Virus record (IMG/VR): IMGVR_UViG_3300037067_005321
Coordinates: 32,001-96,000 of that record
Strand: one strand, 5' to 3'
Length of the DNA: 64,000 nucleotides
DNA from: a virus
Lineage: Duplodnaviria; Caudoviricetes
Below, one piece after another: positions 1-8,123 of this stretch (the first letter of the stretch is position 1; each line of letters starts with the position of its first letter). The notes below the pieces were generated by a model. That model had not been told where the DNA came from. It searched no databases and was given only the letters and a program-made list of their open reading frames with translations. The position numbers were made by a program, and so were the translations under genes.

Positions 1-311
1 CCTGATGCCATTACATTATGATTCATATGTAAGGTATTTATAACTGCTTGACAAGTTCTAATAGAAGATAGATTAGTTTTGGTTTTAATTCTTATTTGAA
101 GAGAACTATTATACTTATCTTTAGAAGTTGGAGGAGCACCACCATAAGGTAATATAGATATACAAGGAGTAGCTATACTAGGAAATTTTCCTAAATATAG
201 ATTCTTATTAGATACTAATCTAGTGCCTAGAGCAACACATACTGGAGAAGTTGCTGTTAAAGATACAAAGTATTTACTAAATTCATTCAATATAGTGTTA
301 GTTATTGCCAT
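1..311 (-). CDS. Putative tail terminator/minor capsid-type protein (partial, runs off window start)
   Basis: Open frame MAITNTILNEFSKYFVSLTATSP...PCISILPYGG...SLQIRIK; GGAG RBS upstream; position after head-closure and gp10-like genes. Confidence 0.55.
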   Translation of the reverse strand, partial: MAITNTILNEFSKYFVSLTATSPVCVALGTRLVSNKNLYLGKFPSIATPCISILPYGGAPPTSKDKYNSSLQIRIKTKTNLSSIRTCQAVINTLHMNHNVMAS

Positions 312-320
312 TTAAACTCC

Positions 321-1190
321 TTATAATGCTAAATATTCTCTATATCCAAGATATAATTCATCTAACGTAATTTCTGAAGTACCAAGTTTAGATAAATTAT
401 CATGCTCTATTAACATTTGTAAATTAAATGGATTAGCTATTACTTCTGGACTTATCCCATTTAAAAATCCATCTAACACTGTATAAATATGATCTAGGTG
501 GTATTGATATCTACCTCTTGGAAGATTTAGAGGATTAATTATATATTTATATATTTTATATATCTTATTTGAGATTCTATCTACTATTTTTCTATATTTA
601 TAATATTCAAAAATATCATAAAAATTGTATCTTAATCTAGATTCAAAGAAACATTTCTTACATCTATGGCCCTGCTGAAAATCATTCCATCTTAATTTTA
701 ACTTATGATTATTAGGACAAACTAATTCTAATTTCTGATAACAGTTGAAATATGTATTTGTAAGTAATTTATAACCCTCTAATTCCATTATATTTTTTAT
801 TTCATTTATATCTTTTCTAGCATTCCCAGAACAATGAGGACACCTATATCCAGAATACCAATTAGCATAACTCATACTATTTTTATGTTCTTTAGGGCAA
901 ATATACTCTAATTTTTGTAAGGTATTTTGATAAGTAGTACTTATTAAAATATATCCCTCTTTAAGAAACTGATTTCTAATAAAAGATATATCTAATCTTT
1001 TATTATTAGAACACTGACCACACCTTTGGCCAAATAGCCAACTATCATATCTTATTTTTCCATAATGTCCTTTTGGGCATATATACTCTAATGGATTTTT
1101 ATTATTTTTATATTTATTACTTAGTACTGTATATCCTTCTTTCTCAAATTCTTCTTTTACTAATTCAATAGTTATCTTCCTACGTTTCAT
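321..1190 (-). CDS. Free-standing HNH-type endonuclease with three treble-clef Zn-finger repeats
   Basis: Three repeats EGY..LS..Y.N....LE.ICP..H.......W..G.RC..C; C-terminal HLDH...NPFNLQML...N.SK; inserted between structural genes with its own promoter. Confidence 0.72.
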   Translation of the reverse strand: MKRRKITIELVKEEFEKEGYTVLSNKYKNNKNPLEYICPKGHYGKIRYDSWLFGQRCGQCSNNKRLDISFIRNQFLKEGYILISTTYQNTLQKLEYICPKEHKNSMSYANWYSGYRCPHCSGNARKDINEIKNIMELEGYKLLTNTYFNCYQKLELVCPNNHKLKLRWNDFQQGHRCKKCFFESRLRYNFYDIFEYYKYRKIVDRISNKIYKIYKYIINPLNLPRGRYQYHLDHIYTVLDGFLNGISPEVIANPFNLQMLIEHDNLSKLGTSEITLDELYLGYREYLAL

Positions 1191-1234
1191 TATTATAATT
1201 CCTCCTCATAATTTGTTTCCTCTTTTATTTAATT

Positions 1235-1287
1235 TATGGCAGGTAGGTGAGGAGTACCTACTTTTCGGTTACGTTTACCTAGCCATA
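1235..1287 (-). ncRNA. Structured 5' leader (three-way junction with anti-SD loop), copy 1
   Basis: TATGGC-TA-GGT(AAACGTA)ACC-GAAAA-GTAGGT(ACTCCTC)ACCTAC-CT-GCCATA; near-identical copy at 5409-5463 with a compensatory change. Confidence 0.65.
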
Positions 1288-1294
1288 CCTTATA

Positions 1295-1322
1295 TGTATA
1301 ATCACTATTTATAATTTGTCAA
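1295..1322 (-). promoter_or_regulatory. Sigma70-like promoter of the 16-bp-spacer family
   Basis: TTGACA-N16-TATACA with TGAT before the -10; directly upstream of the leader RNA. Confidence 0.6.
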
Positions 1323-1324
1323 GT

Positions 1325-1924
1325 CTATTTTTTATATTTATGAATATTTAATTCAATATTTTCTACCATAAATTTAGCCATCCTTTTAGTTGATCTCTTA
1401 GCAGCTATCTTAGCTAAATCGGCTGGTAAAGCACTAAAATCCTCTTTAATTATATTAAGATAGTATGATTGGCGCTCCAACCAAGGATTTTCTAAAAAAA
1501 GAGGCCCAGTACCTGGGAATAAAGCATGTGGATGGCTTGGTGATCCATAAGGAAATAAATTATAATGAATTATGGATGTCACATCCTCACCATCTGCATT
1601 AAATTTAGAATACTGAACATAAGCTCTAATAGATTTTGACCCTTTAATCCTCTCAGCAGATATTTTGCCTAAATCAGCAGTTACAGTACCATCTTCATTT
1701 CCACTAGCTACATTTAAATAACCTCTACTTCCAAAAGTTAATACTGCTTTACCACTTCTTCTTAATTCACCAGTGTCATAAGGAACTCTTGGTTGAGCAT
1801 TAGTTAATAAATCTATAGCTATTACAGCAGCAATCCTAGCTGATTTAACTGCAATAATCTGACCAAGAGCATCTAAATTTTTACTAACTGATTTAACTTC
1901 ATTTATATCTATAGTTACAGGCAA
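1325..1924 (-). CDS. HK97 gp10-like neck/tail-completion protein
   Basis: AQPRVPYDTGELRRSG and GTGPLFLENP motifs; synteny. Confidence 0.6.
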   Translation of the reverse strand: MPVTIDINEVKSVSKNLDALGQIIAVKSARIAAVIAIDLLTNAQPRVPYDTGELRRSGKAVLTFGSRGYLNVASGNEDGTVTADLGKISAERIKGSKSIRAYVQYSKFNADGEDVTSIIHYNLFPYGSPSHPHALFPGTGPLFLENPWLERQSYYLNIIKEDFSALPADLAKIAAKRSTKRMAKFMVENIELNIHKYKK

Positions 1925-1934
1925 TTATATCACC

Positions 1935-2246
1935 TTATGCAAGATAAAGTTTAAAATGATCAATTTGTCCAGAAAGATCTACTTCTTTATTTATAACTAA
2001 TATTTTATAATACTTACCATCTTTCAAAAGTTCATAATTTTCTTTAACTATATAATCTGGAAGAATCCAAACTTGAACAGTTGCTATTCTTTCTTCACCA
2101 GTAGAAGAAACTACTTTAGTAATTACTTCTTGCCATCTACAGTTAACATTTGAATATACTTTAGCTCTAGTAATATCGGAATAAGCATCAGTAGTTACTG
2201 AATAAATTTCACATAATTGGTTGAGTAAGCCTTGAATTAAACTCAT
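1935..2246 (-). CDS. Head-closure (head-tail joining) protein
   Basis: About 100-aa beta protein (TTDAYSD..., DGKYYKI..., HFKLYL) located after the adaptor. Confidence 0.62.
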   Translation of the reverse strand: MSLIQGLLNQLCEIYSVTTDAYSDITRAKVYSNVNCRWQEVITKVVSSTGEERIATVQVWILPDYIVKENYELLKDGKYYKILVINKEVDLSGQIDHFKLYLA

Positions 2247-2470
2247 TTATTTTCTCCTCTACTAGTCATTTCTCTCAGGCAAATTATCCATATTGCTTGA
2301 GAGATAGTATTTAAAAAAACTATAAAAAGGAACAAAGGAACTCCCAGAAGATAATGACTGTCGTTTAACCAAAGGGCTAAAAGCAAATCTAAAGGAAGAG
2401 TTATTGAACTGATCCATATCATAATCCATTCCCATCTTGTGAATTTGGGTATAACTGGGAGGCTCTTCAC
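2243..2470 (-). CDS. Small membrane protein (2 predicted TM segments)
   Basis: Two hydrophobic stretches; ATGA overlap with next gene; a competing frame exists at 2262-2504. Confidence 0.45.
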   Translation of the reverse strand: MKSLPVIPKFTRWEWIMIWISSITLPLDLLLALWLNDSHYLLGVPLFLFIVFLNTISQAIWIICLREMTSRGENK

Positions 2471-2503
2471 TTAACTCACCACCTAAAGTTTGTTCTATAG
2501 ACA

Positions 2504-2569
2504 TTATTTTTTACCTCCACAACCTTTTCCACCTTTTTTGGGTTTAGGCTTATCTTTCTTTTTAACCAA
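2504..2569 (-). CDS. 21-aa Lys/Gly-rich peptide (MVKKKDKPKPKKGGKGCGGKK), not in ORF track
   Basis: TTG start right after the upstream stop, GGAGG RBS, TAATG coupling to next ORF. Confidence 0.5.
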   Translation of the reverse strand: MVKKKDKPKPKKGGKGCGGKK

Positions 2570-2872
2570 TTATTTCTTCCCTCCTTTCCTTTTAAGTTTT
2601 TCTCTAAGTTTCTCCTTCTTTGTTTTTTTGTGCTTTTTCACCTTGTATTGCTTCAATTTTCCTTTAGGCATAGGATCTTTTGTTAAACTTTTTATACGTT
2701 TAACTTTATCAAATTTTATATTCTTAATAGACCTACGTTTTATTATATCACCAGATTTAAGTTCAATAATAAATACTCCATTCTTTATCCCAAGAAGCCT
2801 GGCACGTTGCCATTTATTTCTAGAAGTCCATACCTCAATAACAAATTTCATCTTTCTATAATCTTGATACAT
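2570..2872 (-). CDS. Highly basic hypothetical protein
   Basis: ORF track; Lys/Arg-rich C-terminus; coupled to neighbours. Confidence 0.55.
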   Translation of the reverse strand: MYQDYRKMKFVIEVWTSRNKWQRARLLGIKNGVFIIELKSGDIIKRRSIKNIKFDKVKRIKSLTKDPMPKGKLKQYKVKKHKKTKKEKLREKLKRKGGKK

Positions 2873-3054
2873 TATCTTTTCTTCTTTCTTCTTTTAGATT
2901 GTTTTTGTTTAGATGTTACTTTCTTTCTACGCTTATTCTTTCTAAGATATTCTTTATAACCTTTAGCATGTCCGTGCTCATTATACCATTTACGCCAGAG
3001 ATCAGGATGGTTAATTTTTAAAAATAGTTCTTGTTGTGGACTTGAGAAGGGCAT
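2872..3054 (-). CDS. Small basic phage protein (MPFxSxxQ...HP..W type)
   Basis: N-terminal motif of a kind frequent in phage head modules; basic tail; GGAGG RBS. Confidence 0.55.
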   Translation of the reverse strand: MPFSSPQQELFLKINHPDLWRKWYNEHGHAKGYKEYLRKNKRRKKVTSKQKQSKRRKKKR

Positions 3055-3056
3055 AC

Positions 3057-4079
3057 TTACCTCCTGGCAATCTTTAATCTTCTGGAAATCCAGCTACTTA
3101 GTAGTTTTTTAGCTGTAGATGATATAGGTATACTCATTCCACTGCCACTATCTTTTAATGATACAGATACATCCCCTATGCTAACTGATTTAGCTATAGT
3201 CTTATAACTATTTATATTTTCCATTCCTTCTGATTCTAATAAGAAAATAGCTTGCTCTATCTGAGCTTCTTTAATATTCTTATCTAATGGAACAAATAAT
3301 GCAAACTCTGTACTGGTAGCTGGAATGGATGTAAAAGCCTCTGATACTGTGATAGACCCATTAGACACATTAGAATTACTAACTAATCTTATATCATTAA
3401 GAGGAGTTCCTTCAGTAATATGAATAGTACTATATTTAAACCAATCTGTAGGATATTTACCATAAGTATCTGAATATAAAGAAGTATGTCTAAATGAAGT
3501 AGTCGTTATTGGAGTACTACAATTTCCTGTTATAACATCATGATCATCCCTAGGAAATTCAAGTGATTGTGAGTCATAATATTTATCACCTATAAATTTA
3601 AATCTGTCAATACATTTAGCAGCTTCTACTAATAGTCTTTTTTTACCTTCTATTGACAAAGAGTCCCATTTATTTGAATGACCATATTTATTCATAATAT
3701 AGTTATTAGCTTCAGTTAAAGAAGTGTAGGAATTAGCATTAGGATCACCAAGTTTTGAATTTAAAGTTAAAGAACCAAATACTTCAAAAGTAATATAATG
3801 TGTATAAACATTACTGGCTGTAGTAACTCCTGCTAGTTGAAGTTGATATGTTTCACCGACAGTACCACCTTTTACAGTCACACTAACATTAGTGGCAGTA
3901 ACAGCTTTTGTAGCAACTAGAGAGGTGGTTACATTTGCACCAAGAGAATCAAAAACTGTAGCAGTACATGAACTTATAGTCTCAGTACCAGATAAATCCT
4001 CAGTAAATTTCTTAGTTACTTGAAATCTATCTGTATTCATTTTATAAAAATAATCTACATCATGTGTATATTTTGCCAC
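3057..4079 (-). CDS. Head-tail adaptor (DnaT-like family) fused to extra beta domains
   Basis: ANSYTSL.EA..Y...W...K..LL..A...ID...FIG.K...Q.LEFPR and IKEAQIEQA..L...SIGDVSVS motifs; N-terminal fibre-adaptor-like domain; internal insertion. Confidence 0.7.
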   Translation of the reverse strand: MAKYTHDVDYFYKMNTDRFQVTKKFTEDLSGTETISSCTATVFDSLGANVTTSLVATKAVTATNVSVTVKGGTVGETYQLQLAGVTTASNVYTHYITFEVFGSLTLNSKLGDPNANSYTSLTEANNYIMNKYGHSNKWDSLSIEGKKRLLVEAAKCIDRFKFIGDKYYDSQSLEFPRDDHDVITGNCSTPITTTSFRHTSLYSDTYGKYPTDWFKYSTIHITEGTPLNDIRLVSNSNVSNGSITVSEAFTSIPATSTEFALFVPLDKNIKEAQIEQAIFLLESEGMENINSYKTIAKSVSIGDVSVSLKDSGSGMSIPISSTAKKLLSSWISRRLKIARR

Positions 4080-4502
4080 TTACTCACCTACCATAAGTTC
4101 TTTTATTTCATCTGGTATATTACAAATATGATCAGATGTTTTGACTATTATTTTTTCAAATTTATTTAATAAGTCTATTAAAACTTTATCATTTGTACAA
4201 AGTATTGTTCTTATTCCAGAAGTACCAATATATAAATTCAATTGAAATACTAGTCTATAAATATCTAATCCTTCAGAATAATCTAGATTAGTAATCTTCT
4301 TTATCTTTAACTTTTTACCTATTTTATATAGGTCAAACTGCCTCTGTGCAACTATAGCATCAGAACACAATTTTGGATAATTAATTGAAGGACTATCACT
4401 ACAAATAATAATTATATCATATTCATTATTATCTGAAGTTATAGTGTCAAAGAATTCATAAATCCAGTTATAGCAAGTATATGAAATTATTAATTTTTTC
4501 AT
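4080..4502 (-). CDS. Degenerate PIG-L/LmbE deacetylase-like protein
   Basis: QRQFDLYKIGKKLKIKKITNLDYSEGL resembles the LmbE R..E...A...LG.....L.Y.DG.L segment; lacks HPDD; start at the TAATG-coupled ATG. Confidence 0.35.
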   Translation of the reverse strand: MKKLIISYTCYNWIYEFFDTITSDNNEYDIIIICSDSPSINYPKLCSDAIVAQRQFDLYKIGKKLKIKKITNLDYSEGLDIYRLVFQLNLYIGTSGIRTILCTNDKVLIDLLNKFEKIIVKTSDHICNIPDEIKELMVGE

Positions 4503-5140
4503 TAATATATCCTCTTCAAATCTGAATAGCATTCCCATGGCGTAGCTATTATTCTTTTATCTACAGCTTCTTGACTATTATAAAATATTATTGAATGTTT
4601 CTTTTGGCTAAGACAGACAAAACTTATAAAACCCTCTGGACCAATAAAGAACTCACAATTTTGGGCTAAACAAATTAGATCTCTTATATTAGTCTCACCA
4701 ACTAGATTAACACAATTTCTTACACTTTTATAAATAGGATTATTACCTACTAAAACACATCTAAAATCTTTGTTTTCTTCTATTATAGAATTTACTGAAT
4801 CAATTGAAAATCTTTTACAGTTTCTTCCTTCTAATTTTCCACTATGGGGTTGTAGTATCCAAAATGGTTTATCAAAACAAAATCTATTATGTAAATCAAA
4901 TTGAGGAAAATATTCCATATCTTCATGGCAATCAGCGGTTATCTCTGGAATATCTAATCTAGGTTTTTCTGTGAATTCAAGTTCTATAATGAAAATATTA
5001 TATATTTCTGAAATTGATTGAGCATAGGAAATTGGATCTAAATAAGCAAACACCTTGCATTGTTTTTTTATCTTTATAACTTTTAGGCAATGAATATAAC
5101 TGTCCCCTATCCCCGCTCCAATAGAGGCTAACTCAAACAA
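4502..5140 (-). CDS. GT9 (heptosyltransferase)-like glycosyltransferase
   Basis: GIGD N-terminal motif; NLVGETNIRDL....C..FIGPEG C-terminal motif; likely TTG start after GGAG. Confidence 0.7.
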   Translation of the reverse strand: MFELASIGAGIGDSYIHCLKVIKIKKQCKVFAYLDPISYAQSISEIYNIFIIELEFTEKPRLDIPEITADCHEDMEYFPQFDLHNRFCFDKPFWILQPHSGKLEGRNCKRFSIDSVNSIIEENKDFRCVLVGNNPIYKSVRNCVNLVGETNIRDLICLAQNCEFFIGPEGFISFVCLSQKKHSIIFYNSQEAVDKRIIATPWECYSDLKRIY

Positions 5141-5369
5141 AGTTAATCTCCATATATAAATTATAATCTTCATATAACTCTCCTAAAGTTATATATGAAT
5201 TACCATTTTTGCTACTATTTTCAGAATGCTCTAACATTCTAAGATTAAATGGGTTTCCAATTACTTCTACTGGAACTTTATTTCTAAATCCATCTACTAC
5301 TGAAAATATATGATCAACATGAAATTTACTTTCATCTTTCCATTCTTTACATTTTGTGCATTGTTTCAT
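5133..5369 (-). CDS. Miniature HNH-type endonuclease (probable internal-deletion derivative)
   Basis: CTKC knuckle fused directly to HVDH..DGF....EVI.NPFNL.ML...N.SK, homologous to the C-terminus of 321-1190. Confidence 0.6.
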   Translation of the reverse strand: MKQCTKCKEWKDESKFHVDHIFSVVDGFRNKVPVEVIGNPFNLRMLEHSENSSKNGNSYITLGELYEDYNLYMEINFV

Positions 5370-5408
5370 CTTAATCACTCCCCCCTGATTTATCTCCTCT
5401 TTTATTTA

Positions 5409-5463
5409 ATTATGGCAGGTAGGTGAGGAGTACCTACTTTTTGGGAGCTGCCCTAGCCATAAT
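5409..5463 (-). ncRNA. Structured 5' leader (three-way junction with anti-SD loop), copy 2
   Basis: ATTATGGC-TA-GGG(CAGCT)CCC-AAAAA-GTAGGT(ACTCCTC)ACCTAC-CT-GCCATAAT. Confidence 0.65.
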
Positions 5464-5465
5464 AT

Positions 5466-6332
5466 TTAATTAAAATTAAATTTCTTCCTCCAATCTTCTT
5501 CTTCTAGAATATATTTTGGTATAATATCAGGATGTTTGTCTTTGAACTCAAATGGTTTACCATCTTTATCAGCAATATAACCATCATTAAACCAACAACT
5601 ATTTATACCACTTAATTCTTTATTTAATTTTATGTATTGTTCTTCATTATTAAAGTTATAGTTACGATAGATCTTATCTAACCAATTTACTTTTTTTGAC
5701 TGTGGATTATTAGGATATTCAGTCAACCAAAAATCTAATTTAGAAAAAGGATTGGTTAATAGCCCATAATGAAACATTGTTGGATTTTTAATAGATCCTA
5801 ACATAACAGATTCCTTTTTTGTACAATACCAATTTTGAGTAGGAAAAAATACATTACCATTAATTAAATTTTCTTCATTTATTCTAAATAGTCTCTGATG
5901 TTCCCCTACTAAATATCTATTTGTATTTATAAAGAAATAATAATCTCTAAATGTTATATCAGTATATTTATTTTCTTCAATGATACTCTTTATTTTATTT
6001 ATTATTTCCTGTTTATAAAATTCATCTGCATCTAGAACAAAAATCCAATTTCCAACTTCATAATTTTCTGATCTACTTAACATAAAATTAAGTAAACCAG
6101 CTTTTATAATAGAATGATTGCTTTTATTGTATTTTACATCTATGAACTTAATATGTTTCATATAAGATTTTGCTATATTATATGTCTCATCAACATATTT
6201 TTCTAATATTTCTGAATGAGCAGATACATTTACTATAACTTCATCACAGAATTTTAAGGCTTGCTCAATTGCTAAACCTATGTAATTCTCACAATTCCAA
6301 GCACATAGAAGTCCTATTATTTTAGGCTTCAT
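5466..6332 (-). CDS. GT-A fold (GT2-like) glycosyltransferase
   Basis: AWNCENYI N-terminus, WIFVLDADE DxD motif, MFHYG. Confidence 0.75.
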   Translation of the reverse strand: MKPKIIGLLCAWNCENYIGLAIEQALKFCDEVIVNVSAHSEILEKYVDETYNIAKSYMKHIKFIDVKYNKSNHSIIKAGLLNFMLSRSENYEVGNWIFVLDADEFYKQEIINKIKSIIEENKYTDITFRDYYFFINTNRYLVGEHQRLFRINEENLINGNVFFPTQNWYCTKKESVMLGSIKNPTMFHYGLLTNPFSKLDFWLTEYPNNPQSKKVNWLDKIYRNYNFNNEEQYIKLNKELSGINSCWFNDGYIADKDGKPFEFKDKHPDIIPKYILEEEDWRKKFNFN

Positions 6333-6906
6333 TCTTCTTTTCCTTTATTATGAACCAATCCCAATTTTTTTTAATTATAGAATACTTCAATTCTTCACCA
6401 AATTTATCTACTGCTGTTCTAACACCGACTTCTCTTTTACAGTAATCATGCCCACCAAATATACCACCAAGTTTTACTTTAGGATAATACAAATCAATAT
6501 CTTTTTTAACATCTTCATAAGAATGGGAAGCATCAATATAGCAAAAGTCTACCTTATTATAAATCTTATTTATAGCATTTGCAGACCAATCTTTTATAAA
6601 AACTATTTTATCTTTATAATCTTGAAGTACAAATTTACAAAACTCTTCTATTTCTGGAGTTTCAAATATATCAATAAGATATAACTTTTTTATATCTAAT
6701 TCATCTAGTATTCGTTTAGCATTAACTCCAAACTGAACACCAACCTCAATCCCTACTAAATTAGATTTACCTTTTAATTCATTAAACATTGGCCTATCCT
6801 CAAATATACTGGAATTCATAGATACCATTACATCACTATATCTATTATCCTGTAAGTATTTTAGTAAAGTTTCATTATTTAATTCACTTTTAAGTTCTGG
6901 ATTCAT
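6322..6906 (-). CDS. Class I SAM methyltransferase (Methyltransf_24-like)
   Basis: EVGVQFG, DFCYIDASHSYE.V..D, GG...GHDY. Confidence 0.85.
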   Translation of the reverse strand: MNPELKSELNNETLLKYLQDNRYSDVMVSMNSSIFEDRPMFNELKGKSNLVGIEVGVQFGVNAKRILDELDIKKLYLIDIFETPEIEEFCKFVLQDYKDKIVFIKDWSANAINKIYNKVDFCYIDASHSYEDVKKDIDLYYPKVKLGGIFGGHDYCKREVGVRTAVDKFGEELKYSIIKKNWDWFIIKEKKNEA

Positions 6907-8123
6907 GTATTACACCTCTGATGTGAAACTAATTTATTTTTAAATTCATTATTAAATTCTTTTATTATACTTTTCAATTCATGATTAGTAAAGTTTGGGG
7001 TGGACCAAATATCATTATCATATTCTCCCTGTTTAGACCAATCACAATTTTTAAACTCATCTTGATAATACTTAGTTCCAGGGTAAGGGCAGAGCAAAGT
7101 CATACCAAATATATTAGGATCAGTATCAATAATTAATTGTCTAGTCTCTTCAATAGTCTCTTTTGTTTCTAGTGGATTACCAGTAATATAAAATCCTCTC
7201 ATATCAAGACCAGCTTCTTTACCCCATTTAAAAACATCTCTAATCTTTTGTGGAGTTGTACCTTTATTAATTTCGTTAAGTATTTTCTGGCTTCCAGACT
7301 CACAACCAATTGCTATCTGGTCACAATTGGCTCTTTTTAACAATGATAAAATGTCTTTAGTTATATAAGCAGAATGTAGCATACATTGAAATGGAAGTTT
7401 ATTATCCCTTCTTATTTTTTCTTCACAAAAATCTATAGTTTGTGTACTATCTTTTTCAATCCATGTGGGATCTGCAAATTTAAAATAGTTTATATTATAT
7501 TTCTTTTTGCAATATTCTATTTCATCTAATGTATCATTAACATCTCTATATCTCACATTATTGTGACTCATTTCCTTTTCTCCGCAAATTGCACAGGAGT
7601 GGGAGCACCCTCTTTTAGATACTATAGACAAAATACGCTGATTACAAACTTTTTCACAATAATCTAAATGTCTAGATTCATTAAATAATTCTCTATCAGG
7701 CCAAGATATTTGTGAAAATGGCAACATTTTACCATATATAATTTTACCAGTATTTCCATTTAATACTTCTAATAATCCAGTCTCACCTTCACCAATAATA
7801 ATTTGGTCTACGACTTGATCTGGACTTATCTTTGTGGATGTTACGTGGAATCCACCTAAAACTATTCTAACCTTTTTATTTATAGCTTTTATTTTCTTTG
7901 CTGATTCTATTACTGACTGAAATACACAAGTAGTTGCAGAAAATGCGGCAATATCCGCTTTTGACGTTGCATTAATTATATCTTCTTCTTTATCAAAATT
8001 ACCATGATAAAATTCTATATCTAACTCACCATTATAATTCTTTTTTATATAAGAAGATAAATATCCAGACCATAATGGCTCCCAAATATTATTGTAATAG
8101 TTTTGAATTAAAACTAATTTCAT
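6903..8123 (-). CDS. Cobalamin-binding radical SAM enzyme
   Basis: GGFHVT/GEGE B12-domain motifs; SKRGCSHSCAIC; IGCESGSQKIL. Confidence 0.88.
   Translation of the reverse strand: MKLVLIQNYYNNIWEPLWSGYLSSYIKKNYNGELDIEFYHGNFDKEEDIINATSKADIAAFSATTCVFQSVIESAKKIKAINKKVRIVLGGFHVTSTKISPDQVVDQIIIGEGETGLLEVLNGNTGKIIYGKMLPFSQISWPDRELFNESRHLDYCEKVCNQRILSIVSKRGCSHSCAICGEKEMSHNNVRYRDVNDTLDEIEYCKKKYNINYFKFADPTWIEKDSTQTIDFCEEKIRRDNKLPFQCMLHSAYITKDILSLLKRANCDQIAIGCESGSQKILNEINKGTTPQKIRDVFKWGKEAGLDMRGFYITGNPLETKETIEETRQLIIDTDPNIFGMTLLCPYPGTKYYQDEFKNCDWSKQGEYDNDIWSTPNFTNHELKSIIKEFNNEFKNKLVSHQRCNT

Noticed and set aside
1235-1287. Hammerhead or HDV-like ribozyme
   Set aside because: Three-way junction with GAAA in one copy, but the CUGANGA core is absent and copy 2 has AAAA.
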